Part shown: positions 49,901-60,400 of the stretch, in pieces
Layout: the number at the start of each line of letters is the position of its first letter
Numbering within the stretch: the first letter of the stretch is position 1
Assembly: GCA_965198175.1 (NCBI GenBank)
Contig: OZ240245.1
Location: 64,001-128,000, forward strand
Length of the DNA stretch: 64,000 nt
From: Candidatus Poribacteria bacterium
GTDB taxonomy: Bacteria; Poribacteria; WGA-4E; PCPOR2b
Direction of reading: 5' to 3'
Position numbers and translations under genes: made by a program
Notes under the pieces: model-generated
Told to the model about the DNA's origin: nothing
Databases searched by the model: none
What the model saw: only the letters and a program-made list of their open reading frames with translations

Positions 49901-52900
49901 GCCAAGCTCTACTCCATACAAAATAGACACGATGAAGCTATCTCCACATGGCGGTCGTTGCTTGAAGTCGATCCGGAAAACACGCAGTACCGGTCTGGGC
50001 TTGCAGAGACCTATCGAGTCGCTGGTATGTTCACTGAAGCACTCGAAATCATACAGAAATTGATCGCGGAGAATCCATCGACTGCTTTTTACTCACAGTT
50101 AGCCCTAGTTTATATGGTGGCCAATCGCCACGACGATGCGGTTGCAGCATACCGAAAAGCGATTGAACTTTCCCCTAACGACTGGGGAGTGTATAAAGAT
50201 TTGGGGAAACTTTACGCTGACACGGGCGACCTTAATGCCGCCGAAAAGACCTACAAAACAGCATTGCGGTTGACGAGGAACTACGACCGTGGGCGACGCA
50301 TCATAAACAGACAACTGGCGGAAGTCTACCTCCAGCAGAGTGAGCTAGAGGTGGCACTCAAGAAGATGGAAGCAGTAGGAATACTTACTTTTGAAACGTT
50401 GAACGAGATAGCGCAGAAGTACCATAATCAAGGTGACTTGGAGGAAGCCGACGTGGTATACAACAAGGCATTCAGGCTGACCACTGACAAGGGTTCTCAT
50501 ATCCGAATCGCCGAGAGTCTGACTCATATTTACCGACAGCAAGGTAGGTTAGAAGAGATTCTTAAGAGGGCGGAAGAAGGGGATACATCCAATGCTGATA
50601 TAAACATTGAACTGCAGAAAGTATTGGCAAAGGAGTATAAGGAGGCGGGGGAAATCGAAAAAGCGATTGAGATTTCCACGCAGATAATCGCCGGCAACCC
50701 CGATGATTACGAATTTCGGGTCGCGTTTGCGAACTTCTGTACCAGGCAGAGGCTGTACGATGAGGCGATTGCCGTTTTGCACGCTCTGATTGAAAGCGCC
50801 CCGAAAAACACAGAGTATCAATATATGCTGGTGAATGCCTACGCAGACTCCAGCAGCTTCTCGGAAGCAATTGCGCTTGCACAGGAATTGTGTGTTGAAG
50901 ATCCGTCCAGATACCGTTATGTACAGTTGGCGCGCGTCTACACGCGGAGCAACCGCATTGACGATGCGATTGAAGCGTATAAAGAAGCAATCAGAGTTGA
51001 AATTCCGGACGAATCGAGTATATATCAAGATGCACATCGGGAATTAGGTAATCTTTATATAAAAAAAGGCGACTTTGACGCTGCTGAAAAAGTTGTTAAA
51101 GTGCTTGGTGAGGACAACCGACTATTGATAGAAATTTACCGGCATTTAGGCAAGTGGGAAGAGGTACTCAAGCAGGCGGAAGCGGACGGAAAACTCAATA
51201 CAGTGATATTAGAGGAACTCGCGGAGAAGCACCTTAGACAAGGGAAATTGGAGCAAGCCGCCGCCGCATATAAGAAAGCACTAAGAATGACGAAAAATCA
51301 AGACGCGGAGTATCGCAATATTGGTGATCGGCTAATTCAAATATACCGAAAGGAGAGCAATTGGGGGGAGGCAATTGCGAGAGCGGAAGCAGAAGGTATC
51401 CTGACTACCAACATGTTACAGCAACAGGCGCGGGCATACGGGAAAGAAGGAAAGCTGGAGGACGCACTCACCGCATACAAAAAGGCTATTGATATAGCTT
51501 CTGAAATAACGGAGAAGAACTCATTTATTAATGAAATGATTGGTCTAAACATCCAGCTCGCCGATCTTGATGCTGCAATTGAACTGTACGCAACCTTATT
51601 ACCGCGCTTCGGCTCAAGATCGCCCAATCACACACAATCCCGTATCGAAGTTGATTACCCCGAAGACAACACGCGCAAGCTGCTAATCACGGCACATAAA
51701 CAGCAGGGTAAACTCCGGCACCTCGCGAGCTATTTTCAGGGTAGATTCAAGAACGAGCCTGAAAATCCGTCTATAATCGAGATACTCGCGGAAATCTACA
51801 ACCACCAGAATGAGTATGAAAAGGCGGCGAAGAAGTTCCAGCAACTCAGCAAGTTGAAGGATTCACCGCTTCGCACGTTCTACCTTGCCGCCGCCGCATT
51901 TAACAGAAGTGGTCAGGCCGATCGTGCAAAAGACATGCTTCAGCAAGGGGCTGCTGAATTTTCACCTTATCGTAATGAATATCGTTCTCGTTCTGTGGAT
52001 GCTCGGTTTTTTGGTACAATAGCCACAATTTGCATTGATGGAGGACTCTATGATACCGCTATAACATTCGCAGAGGATGCTGTCACACTGGCACGCAAGA
52101 GCGGAGATGAACGGGGGCTTAAGTTCATTTACCCTATACTCGGAAAAGCCTTTATCAATACGGAGGCTTACGAAGAGGCTGCCAAGGTCTATCGGCAGTG
52201 GCGAAATATTGATAAAAACCGAGCGGATGCGGCGTCGCAGATGTTATACCAGAAAAATGAGAACCTATTTGAAGAGCTAGTCGCGAAACAGATCGAAGCG
52301 GTTGAAGCCAATCCTGACGATACGGACGCCTATTATACCCTCGCACAAACTTACGAATCAAACGGCAAGCACGATGAGGCAATCGCGGTTTATGAAAAAC
52401 TCAGCCAGCTCCAACCCGATAACGTGGAATGGTTCAAGACGCTCGGAAACCTCTACCAGCAGGGGCGTGAGACAGCGGAATCGGTTATAGGTAGTGCGTT
52501 TCGCCTAAACGGTGATGGCAGTTTCCTCGAACTCAATGACAGCGCTGCCCTGAACGCTAGCCATACGCAACTTACCGTCGAGGTATGGATTAAACCGACA
52601 AAAATGAAATATGCTGCTATTCTCTACAAGGGCGGCAAGCAGACACCAAACTTCCTCAATCGCAGTTTCGCCCTTTGGTTTACTTACAATGGCATCACAT
52701 TCAGTGTTTCCGCAGACGGCTGGCAGGAGATTCGCTTATCGTCGCCTACCGGTGCAATTTCGCTTGATAGATGGCATCACATCGCAGGCGTACTGAACAC
52801 TCAGACAGGTTCGATGAAACTCTACATTAATGGCATGGCAGTCGCCAGCCGGAGCTTTCCGAAGAAGCCTGTGTATAAGAGCCGACTCCCACTCCGCGTC

Positions 52901-54055
52901 GGTTGGACGCACAGTGATGATGAACACTCTAACCAGCTCTTCTTTGAGGGGGAACTTACCGACGTTCGTATCTGGAGTACAGCTCGCACGGCTCAAGAGA
53001 TTCAATCTCACATGAATGTTACCTTGACGGGTGACGAACCCAATTTAGTCGGCTTTGTTGATACGCCGCCAAACCACGGCAGCGAAAGGCTTGTTGGCAA
53101 CGTGGAGGTTGTCCGTTATACCCGTCCCGTTTTCGCTATGCCGACTGTGCGGCATCTGACGAAAGCAGTTGAAGCTTATGAAAGAGCGATTGCGCTGGAG
53201 CCGACAGCCCATCTGCTCTACGATGTGTTAGCGAGGAACTATCTCATACTGAACAAGGCTAACGAAGCTGAAGCTACCTATCGGCGTGCGATTGACGCCG
53301 AACCTGAGTGGCGAAAAATGCTCGATTCAGCGATTCGCCGTTTGTGGCGATTCTACGCTGAGCGCGCAGAACTGGAGAAAGGCATTGCGACCCTCGAATC
53401 GCTCAAGCCGAAGATAGCATTTAATGCTACGCTGCATAAGCTGCTCGGCGACGCCTACAAGGAAATAGGAGATAGTAAAAAGTCAGATGCTGCCTACGCC
53501 AAGTGGTTTGAGATGCGCAGAAGGGAAATCTATGGTACTTGGGCACCAAGCTATTCCAGCCTCGCTGCACAACTGCTTGATATAGGATTTATGCCTGAAG
53601 AGGCAGTGAAATTCGCTAAACTTGCCAGACCGCATGACAATCATTTCAGGGTTTTGAGGCTGCTCTGTCGTGCCTATATTGCAAATGGGCAGTACACTGA
53701 AGCGTTAGATGAATTTAAGTGCGTATTGAGCAATCCTGCAATCTTGGCTTGGCCCGGTGATTGGTCAAGTGCAACGCTTGAGGCTGCTAGCCTTCAACTG
53801 TGGTTGGATATTGTGGAAGCGGGTAGGCGGGTAAAAGATAGGGCGCGCTATATTGAGATGATAGAAAACTTGGTAAACAGCATGCCGGACAATCCGACGA
53901 TTCAGCGCCACGCCAATCTGGAACTCTCAAAATTGTACGATGAGCAGGCGCAATTGGATAAGAGCCGCGAACATCAGAACAAGGCTGGCATGATTACCGG
54001 AAGTGGGTTGTGGATTATCGGTCCATTTGACAGCGACGATGGACGTGCCGACTGA
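44000..54055 (+). CDS. Giant secreted TPR protein (~3350 aa) with an internal LamG domain (~52490-53060) and a truncated C-terminal jellyroll
   Basis: Likely start MSEQKRKK with signal peptide ending VFA-Q; dozens of TPRs; TVEVWIKP...WHHIAG...LYING...DVRIWSTART. Confidence 0.88.
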   Translation: MSEQKRKKIACIVCLLWLALLPSSTVFAQNEDGEDKAIERYKQMLERKPKAGSTFDRLYQFYLEGAGLDNMVADYQTAALANPNNPNLQLILGHIYKRLGKDNETVAAYQRAVELAPNNYYPHFALGQAYATLRQYENAIAALTQAVEYATESKSATLDDLTALYKTLGRAYFSRDRVDDAILAWAKISELEPDNIFARIELADLFREQELYAQAIEQHEVIIQLKTDDPYRVCLSRREIGKIQEEKGDHAGAIQSYDAALALTGQGNWLRKDLQRRVIEIYAVAGDWDGLIGYYQKKLADTPNDPELTSLLADAYLENEQVDEGIAQYRKSVELAPTSAPLRQKLIAALRRAEKFAEAAAEYETLTVQLPDDFGIYRSLGALYLQLEQPARARIVYERMLARDPENASTHLTLAEIYTEHEWSGEAVAAYEKAIALAPTNLDYIEYLGEFYFRRGDREKALETWNRLVVGERAAAQNFERLAQLLHAKDFQVEAVAASRKAVELAPTEYRYREMLGKQLMEAENFDAAITQFAEAAKYAPSDFFTEQMAAQQIEVYRRQGVLGDKIAELEAQPQSFSGQKLLAKMYLKLRNTTAAIAALEKALLLNPDDIPVNRSLAEIYAQLRQHENAKAVYARLITLDNSNAREYHANLARLLLNVMDFDAAKAAAKQALAHSPRNPEGHQILAEIALTMGDYPSAIESLKQAIRLRPQAIEIRMELAKAYQLADDLRQAVEQYWRCWELSDDLDNKLRFIKPLSDTYYVMGQDQELTERLQQMSKANPSDMTLVLALARLYRIKGDLSASRTQLARALERNSDNSELLSQLVDISLKLGEIQDALTYQQQLVGVEPDAHNQRRLGKLLYDLGREQEAVQVWTKLLHAKNQPLEAMMKFAELLIQYNQRPLAFSTLDRIAERAHKPQSVYRLGAILVEIGESERARRYFERVLQMPRPQSPKNARLTLQPFPSVQFLYLHIVHIGNRIGQQFHGHGGPGQRMWLPQSFEDTQVAALAQLIRMAREHDELEKFISGFEAEAAASPKDLQRLERLLYVYMLTTNKKKAVEVVNRLATLSPYEPTYRKMQFQFVMWDGNPDYETVKGYLSQIPETIPHVRLQYTAQLAMRFIQIRKTSAAEKLLAQCKNEKPTDFTTGIELITAFSRLGDTETAERMFSNLPLLSPLQTSAPLSVMNRPQIWRQYTNAHRALAAAHIDKGQTNRAIEIVWSLFKQTQSNVNMPHWMGSSAYTSYRNYSSDLLFPAPNTYFDRHRFELLQRLFGYLWLKDQLDALYTKLQMVFELGTERERILSGLALSYCYWWEGRRDESQQLLNTLQAENSGDLTLKRHMPLVLIQSGKQEAAISLLTELAEDDPRNRQQYNNLRFFLAERNGNTAQLRELAKELLNSPASVREMIQFSQQLHEIGLTQYAIAIAKKAADLAIWQNDLNSLSELSRRLETLGRGLDATMLAKHVARFTKLTVRPGLRRLPRGYVTRLTPEEAREREPQFVEAVERHPNSFKALVELATFYENTNQNKKAIPVLAKAVDLRPRDSNLRNRYAGMLQRDKQLDKAVEQYTVLLKNDLDFFRYRSHGNEARSLIEIFMEAGKLNELVAVARGMIDASSEGYATEFVRAVAWECMNNNAPKIAVELYEKLIAVRPGMPYLRLGLSRAYVAAGERDRAVECIHNGLNTITQPQLSTYHPRLLQRLVSELIELNRGREAYNSFIAGLEAELASKPDNLPLTWLIAYMYIKSRQLEASDSLVGKLFGNKQNTTYSGFDSEWFTTLADEYRQAGDHDRQMKLLEAVVEKLEGQTSFWDFEGGRLVNSLYEMLGEAYVQNSEKEKARQLFRKLVPTRVALSRSHRDAEKQSIAQLYMQLEMWDDAEALFTEIANNVFADVHRKERAQKELTKIRKERGDLPVSQQPVVEVQVMDIRFQREKAERYTRTGELEKAVEIYKQLIARMPEDHRSVAALAKLYSIQNRHDEAISTWRSLLEVDPENTQYRSGLAETYRVAGMFTEALEIIQKLIAENPSTAFYSQLALVYMVANRHDDAVAAYRKAIELSPNDWGVYKDLGKLYADTGDLNAAEKTYKTALRLTRNYDRGRRIINRQLAEVYLQQSELEVALKKMEAVGILTFETLNEIAQKYHNQGDLEEADVVYNKAFRLTTDKGSHIRIAESLTHIYRQQGRLEEILKRAEEGDTSNADINIELQKVLAKEYKEAGEIEKAIEISTQIIAGNPDDYEFRVAFANFCTRQRLYDEAIAVLHALIESAPKNTEYQYMLVNAYADSSSFSEAIALAQELCVEDPSRYRYVQLARVYTRSNRIDDAIEAYKEAIRVEIPDESSIYQDAHRELGNLYIKKGDFDAAEKVVKVLGEDNRLLIEIYRHLGKWEEVLKQAEADGKLNTVILEELAEKHLRQGKLEQAAAAYKKALRMTKNQDAEYRNIGDRLIQIYRKESNWGEAIARAEAEGILTTNMLQQQARAYGKEGKLEDALTAYKKAIDIASEITEKNSFINEMIGLNIQLADLDAAIELYATLLPRFGSRSPNHTQSRIEVDYPEDNTRKLLITAHKQQGKLRHLASYFQGRFKNEPENPSIIEILAEIYNHQNEYEKAAKKFQQLSKLKDSPLRTFYLAAAAFNRSGQADRAKDMLQQGAAEFSPYRNEYRSRSVDARFFGTIATICIDGGLYDTAITFAEDAVTLARKSGDERGLKFIYPILGKAFINTEAYEEAAKVYRQWRNIDKNRADAASQMLYQKNENLFEELVAKQIEAVEANPDDTDAYYTLAQTYESNGKHDEAIAVYEKLSQLQPDNVEWFKTLGNLYQQGRETAESVIGSAFRLNGDGSFLELNDSAALNASHTQLTVEVWIKPTKMKYAAILYKGGKQTPNFLNRSFALWFTYNGITFSVSADGWQEIRLSSPTGAISLDRWHHIAGVLNTQTGSMKLYINGMAVASRSFPKKPVYKSRLPLRVGWTHSDDEHSNQLFFEGELTDVRIWSTARTAQEIQSHMNVTLTGDEPNLVGFVDTPPNHGSERLVGNVEVVRYTRPVFAMPTVRHLTKAVEAYERAIALEPTAHLLYDVLARNYLILNKANEAEATYRRAIDAEPEWRKMLDSAIRRLWRFYAERAELEKGIATLESLKPKIAFNATLHKLLGDAYKEIGDSKKSDAAYAKWFEMRRREIYGTWAPSYSSLAAQLLDIGFMPEEAVKFAKLARPHDNHFRVLRLLCRAYIANGQYTEALDEFKCVLSNPAILAWPGDWSSATLEAASLQLWLDIVEAGRRVKDRARYIEMIENLVNSMPDNPTIQRHANLELSKLYDEQAQLDKSREHQNKAGMITGSGLWIIGPFDSDDGRAD

Positions 54056-54355
54056 ACGTATCGCCCAAATTCGATTCGGAAGCAACAGCCAAGCAAAACT
54101 CTGGCTCAACGGTAACGAAATCTTCGGACGTGACACATCGCATTTGGCAGTTGTTGATGGGGATATAATCCCTGTTACACTCAATGCGCGGGGGATAATC
54201 AGATACTCGTCAAAGTATGTAGGACTGGGATTCCGTGGGGATTCTATCTGCGAATTACGGACGCGGATGGCAAGCCACTTGAGGATTTGACGTTTCCGGA
54301 AAACGAATTACAGATTAAGCAGATGACGCGGAGAACACGGATAAGAACCGATTGA
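54040..54355 (+). pseudogene. Frameshifted remainder of the C-terminal domain of 44000..54055
   Basis: Other frames read IRFGSNSQAKLWLNG...IPVTLNA and GDNQILVKV...WGFYLRITDADGKP. Confidence 0.6.
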
Positions 54356-54454
54356 ACCTTCCGATAAGAATCAATTTTGATTGTTTCGTTCGCCGCGTCT
54401 TTCGGGCGCTGGTTTGTGGGTTCGGTCACCCAAATCTTGCAAAGGATAAAATCC

Positions 54455-57400
54455 ATGCTTAAACATAAAAACCAGTTAATAATTTTAGTCCTATGTTGCT
54501 CGGCTCTCACCCTCGTTCTCCCAATAATCGGCCTCGCCCAAGACGGTAATATTGCAGACGACAAAGTTATCGAACGTTACAAGCAGATGCTTGAGCGTAA
54601 GCCGAAAGCGGGAAGTACGTTTGACCGCCTTTACCAATTCTACCTCGAAGGCGCCGGCTTGGACGCCATGGTCGCCGATTATCAAACAGCAACACTAGCC
54701 AACCCAAACAACCCCAACCTTCAATTGATTCTGGGGCACATCTACAGACGGCTCGGTAAGGATAACGAGACCATTACAGCGTATCAGCGCGCTGTCGAAC
54801 TCGCCCCGAACAACTACTACCCTCACTTTGCACTTGGACAAGCCTACGCCATGCTTCGCCGGTACGAGAACGCAATTGCCGCGTTGACACAGGCGGCTCA
54901 ATACGCAACAGAATCGAAGTCCGCCACGCTCGATGACCTGACCGCGCTCTATAAAAGCCTCGGACAAGCCTATTTCAGCAGAGACCGTGTGGACGACGCT
55001 ATTTTGGCGTGGGCAAAAATCTCCGAACTTGAACCGGACAACATCTTCGCTCGCATCGAACTCGCTGACCTGTTCCGCGAACAAGAACTCTACGCCCAAG
55101 CCATCGAACAGCATGAGACGATTATTCAACTCAAAACAGATGACCCCTACCGTGTGTGTCTGAGTCATCGGGAAATTGGGAAGATTCAGGAAGAGAAGGG
55201 GGATTATCCAAGTGCCATCCAAAGCTACGACGCTGCACTCACGTTGACGGGACAGGGTAATTGGCTGCGAAAAGACCTCCAGCACCGTGTCATAGGCATC
55301 TACGCTGCAGACGGGGATTGGGACGGGTTAATCGCGTACTATCAAGGCAAACTCGACGCAACGCCGAATGACCCCGAACTCATCGGACTGCTGGCTTCGG
55401 CGTACATTGAGAATCAGCAGCTTGACGACGGGATTGCCTCATATCAAAAGGGATTGGAACTTGCCCCGACGGACGCTGCACTACGCCTTAACCTCATCGC
55501 CGCCTTTCGCACCGCTGAGAGATTCGAGGATGCGGCGGCAGAATACGAACTCCTCAGTGAGAAGCAGCCGGACGATTTTGGCATTTACCGCGAACTTGGG
55601 GAGTTGTATCTACAGCTTGAGGACGAAGTGCGGGCGAAGGGTGCGTATCAGCGGATGATTGACCGCAACCCGGAGAACGCCGGGACACACCTCATCCTCG
55701 CGGAGATTTACGCGGGACACGAATGGCTGGACGATGCTATTGCGGCATACGAAAATGCGATTTTCCTTGCGCCGGATAATCTCGATTACATCGAGTATTT
55801 TGGCGAATTCTACTTCCGTCAAGGGTCTCGTGAGAAGACTGTGGAAACGTGGACTCGAATGGTTGCCGGAGACCGAGCAATCGCAGAAAACTATGACCGG
55901 CTGGCGCAGTTGCTCGATGCGAAGGACTTTCAAACCGAAGCGATTGGTGCGAGTCGCAAGGCGGTAGAGTTAGCGCCCGGAGAGTACCGCTATCGTGAGG
56001 CGTTGGCAAGGCGGCTGATGGAGCACAAAGACTACGAGGAGGCATTAACAGAATTCGCGGAAGCGTCGAAACTTGCACCCAACGAATTTTTCGCTGAGCA
56101 GATGTCCGACCAGCAGATTGAAATCTATCGGCGACAGGGAACGCTTGTGGGGAAAATTGACGAGTTGGAAGCGGTACCTGAATCTTTCGACCAACAGAAA
56201 CAACTTTCCAAAATGTATCTTAAGCTGGGGAACGTGACGAATGCGCTTGAAACTCTGATTCAGGCGAAAGAACTCAAGCCAGATAATGTGCAGGGCAACC
56301 GGTGGCTTGCCGATATCTATGTCCAGCAAGGTCTGCGCTATGAAGCGGTCTCTATCTACAAACACCTCGTTGAGATAGATAGTGCGAACGCCCGGGAACA
56401 CTATGCGAAGATTGCACGATCCCATCTGGACGCGATGGATTTTGATGCGGCAACAGCCGCAGCGAAGCAAGCGGTCGCACATAGTCCACGCAACCCGGAA
56501 GGACATCAGATGTTGGCGGAAATCGCCAAACAGATTGGGAATTACGAAACCTCGACCGACAGCCTCATGCAGGCAATCCGCCTTCGTCCAGAAGCCACTG
56601 ACATCCGGGAAGAGCTAGCAGAGATTTACAAACTATCGGGCAATCCTCGTCAGGCAATCGAGCAATACTGGCGGTGCTGGGAGTTGAGCGAAAGTGTGAA
56701 CGACAAGCTCAGCTTCGTTAAATCACTCTCCGACACATACTACGACTTGGGACGGGGCGATGAGTTCGAAGAAAAGCTAAAGCAGTTGTCAAAAGCCAAT
56801 CCGTCTAACGTCGGTCCCGTCTTGGCGTTGGCGGAGGTCTATCAGATGGAAGGCGACCTCCTGGGTGCACGATTCCAATTGGCACGGGCATTAGACCGGG
56901 AGCGCGATAATCCGAATTTTCTGGCGCAACTGGTCGAAATCAGCCGCAACCTTGGTGATACGCAGGACGCACTGACCTATCTGCAGCGGCTGGTCAAGGC
57001 GCAACCCGACCCAATCCATCAACAACAACTTGGTGAGTTGTTGTTCGACCTTGGTCGAGAGCAGGAGGCGATTCAGGCGTGGACAAAGTTGCTGCACTCG
57101 AGAAATCAAACGCTTGAAGCAGAAGTCAAACTCGCAGCGCTGTTGATTCGGCACGGTCTTCTTGATGAGGCACTTTTAGCTCTCAACCGCGCGGGCGAAA
57201 AGGTGAAGAACGCAAAAGCGATTTATCAGGTCGGTGCAACGTTGGTTGAAATGAACGAGTTAGACCGCGCGCGACCGCACTTCCAGCGGATTCTGGAGAT
57301 GCCGAAACCGCTGGCAAATGTAACTCAGACTGTCAAAACGAGTTCGTCTCGATCGGCTTATGGGCCTCCCGGCATCAATATCCGCAAATTTAGTCTCGCC

Positions 57401-60400
57401 CGTGAGCTTGTCTGGCGGATACAGGAACAGTCATATGGAGGTGGAAGCGGGAAGCCGTGGTTGCCGAAAAGTTTTGAAGAAGCCCAAGCCGGGGCATTGG
57501 TGCAGTTGACAACAATTGCACAGCAGCAAGGCAAACTGGGGGAACTCGTCCAGCAATTTGAAGCGGATGCCGAGGCAAACCCGAAGGACATTCAGACCCT
57601 CGAAAGATTAGCGCAACTCTACACCTTGACCGAGAACACCGACAAGGTAGCGGAAGTTACCGAGCGACTAATTGCTGCGTCACCCAACGACCCAGTGTAT
57701 CAAGCAATGCGGTTGAATCAGTCAATGGAACAGAGCCTTGAACCTGAAACGTTTAAGAAGCGTCTCGAGGCAATGACGGGGCTGACGACCCAAGCACGGC
57801 TTTGGTACACGGCAACATACGTCGGATTGCTCTACAATCAAGGGCGAAAGGCGGAAGCTGCAAAGGTAGTGGACAATCTTGAAACCGCAAACGTGACCGA
57901 CCTAAACACCGGTTCGGCACTCGTCAGCATGCTCGCGCAACTCGGAAGAATTGAAGCGGCTGAGAGTCTCCTCGCGCAACTTCCGACTCCGGCGACTCCG
58001 ACAGGTTCTCAGATTTCCATGATGGGCACGTCATCATTCGCGCAGCAGCAATTGTGGCGGTATCTCCTCATCTACCAAGCTCTCGCCACCGCATATGTCC
58101 GCGAAGGACAGACGGACAAAGGGATTGAGCTCTTCTGGACATTCTTTGACAGGACCAAACCGAACATCACAAACGCCCGGAAGGTTGCAACCCTTACATA
58201 CTCGTCCCATTCCTACAGCGGGTACACCCCCATTCAGTCCAGCTACCCATCGCCGACGACTTACTACGATCAATCCCGTTTGCGGTACCTCCAGCAGGTC
58301 TTCAGTCAGTTTTGGATGAAGAATCAACAGGAGGCGTTGTTCGCCAAACTCCGCACCAAGTTGGATGCCGCTGAAGGCAGGGACCGCGTCTATCCCGGTT
58401 TGGCGCTGAGTTACTGCTATTGGTGGGTAGGGAAAAGGGACAAGGCACAAGAAATTCTCTCGGCGATACACAGGGAATTCCCGGATGACCTCACACTCAA
58501 GGTTAATACGGTATTTGCCTCTATTCAGACGGGACAACATGCGACTGCACTGGGAGCGCTTGATGAGCTCACCGGGTTGGATCCACGAAATCGCCGTCAA
58601 TACTATGACCTCTCGCTACAGCTTGCTGCTCATACTGGCAACACCGTCAAGGTGCGTGAGTTGATGACGAAAGTTCTAAATTCGCCGGTGGGGGTTCGGG
58701 AGCTTTATCAGTTTTCGCAGAAACTTCAGCAGACCGGCTTAACTCAATACGCCATTGCAGTCGCCAAGAAAGTGACGACATTGGCGATGGGACAACGCGA
58801 CCCGAATTTCTTGATGGAGTTGAGTTCGCACCTAGAGAACCTCGGTCGGGGACAGGATGCGACGCTCATCGCTGAACGCGCGCTGCGGTTCGCCAACCAA
58901 CGCGACCGGTATGGTCAGACCTTGCACTCTTGGAATTTCCAGCAGGCGGCACATCTGGTGAGTCGTTCCAAAGCGGTGCGCGAGCGCGAGCCTCAGTTGG
59001 TCGAAGCAGTTGAGAAGAATCCGGATTCATTCCAGGCGCAGGTCCGGTTGGCATCGTTCTACGAAAGCACAAACCAGGTCAAAAAAGCGGCGGCGGCGTT
59101 CGATGCGGCACTCGAACTGCGTCCAAAAGACAGCATGACCCGTCAGCGGTATGCCCAGATGTTACAGCGCAGCGGGCACGCAGCAGATGCCGTAGCCCAA
59201 TACATGACCCTCCTAAAAGATAATCCGAATGCACTCGGTTACAACTATTGGGAGGTGATGGAAACCTTCTTCCAGGCAGGAAAAGTCGATGAATTGGTTT
59301 CAATCGCAAAGGACATGATTGGACCGTCTGTCGGACAGTCCTTCGGCAACGATTTCGCGCAGAACGTGGCACGGCGGTGTATCGAGAGCAATAACGCCAA
59401 AGCTGCGGTCGAAGTCTACGAAAAGATTATTGAGGTTCAAGCTAATCAGCACAACACGTATGCTGACCTAGCGTCTGCCTATGCCGCTGCCGGTGAACGT
59501 GAGAAAGCGATTGAGTTTTTACGCGAAAAACTAGAAACTAAGTCGACGAAGATTTCGCAAAATCCCCGCTTACAAGCGGGAATTGTAGCTAAACTAACTG
59601 AACTCTACAAGGCATCCGGTAACATACAGAGCTTAATAACGGAATATGAAGTCAAACTCGCTGAGGAGCCGAGTGACCCGTCGCTGCTCTATCTAGTTGC
59701 GTCAATGAAAATTACGGCGAACGACCTTGAAGAATCAGACACCCTTGTTAATCAACTTCTTGACGATAAAGTTGTGTCAATCAACGCACACCGGCTGAGT
59801 AGTTTAGCAGATGCTTACCGAAGCGCAGGCGACCGCAACCGTGAACTTCGGCTGCTTGAAGCCGCCACCGAGAAACTTGATCCGCAGAATTCGTGGCAGC
59901 TCTCGGAAATTTACCAGAAACTCGGCGCAATTTACGCCCAGAACGGCGAGAAAGAGAAAGCGAAGGACGCATTCCGTAAGATGGGAATGATGCGTTTGAT
60001 GATGTATGGCGGAGGAGGCGGGATGTTCTGGCAAAAACAGGAAATTGCCACGCTTTACATGCAACACGAGATGTGGGATGACGCCGAAGCGACGTTCGCT
60101 GAAATTGTGAACGATTTGTCGGCAGACAAATGGGCAAGAGATGAAGCGCAGCAACGTTTGATGGAGGTCAAAACCCGTAAGGGCGGGCTCCAGACCACAA
60201 CGCGACTTCCTGAAAAGCTTGAAGAAATGGCAAAATCAAATCTCGGCATGCAGCGGATGCTAGCACAACAGTATATGCAGCAGAATGAACTCAGCAAAGC
60301 AGTGGAGATATACGAGCAAATAGCGGAAGTAATGCCGGAAGACCTCGAATCGCGTGCGAACCTCGCTACCATCTATTCCCGTCAAAGCAAACACGATAAG

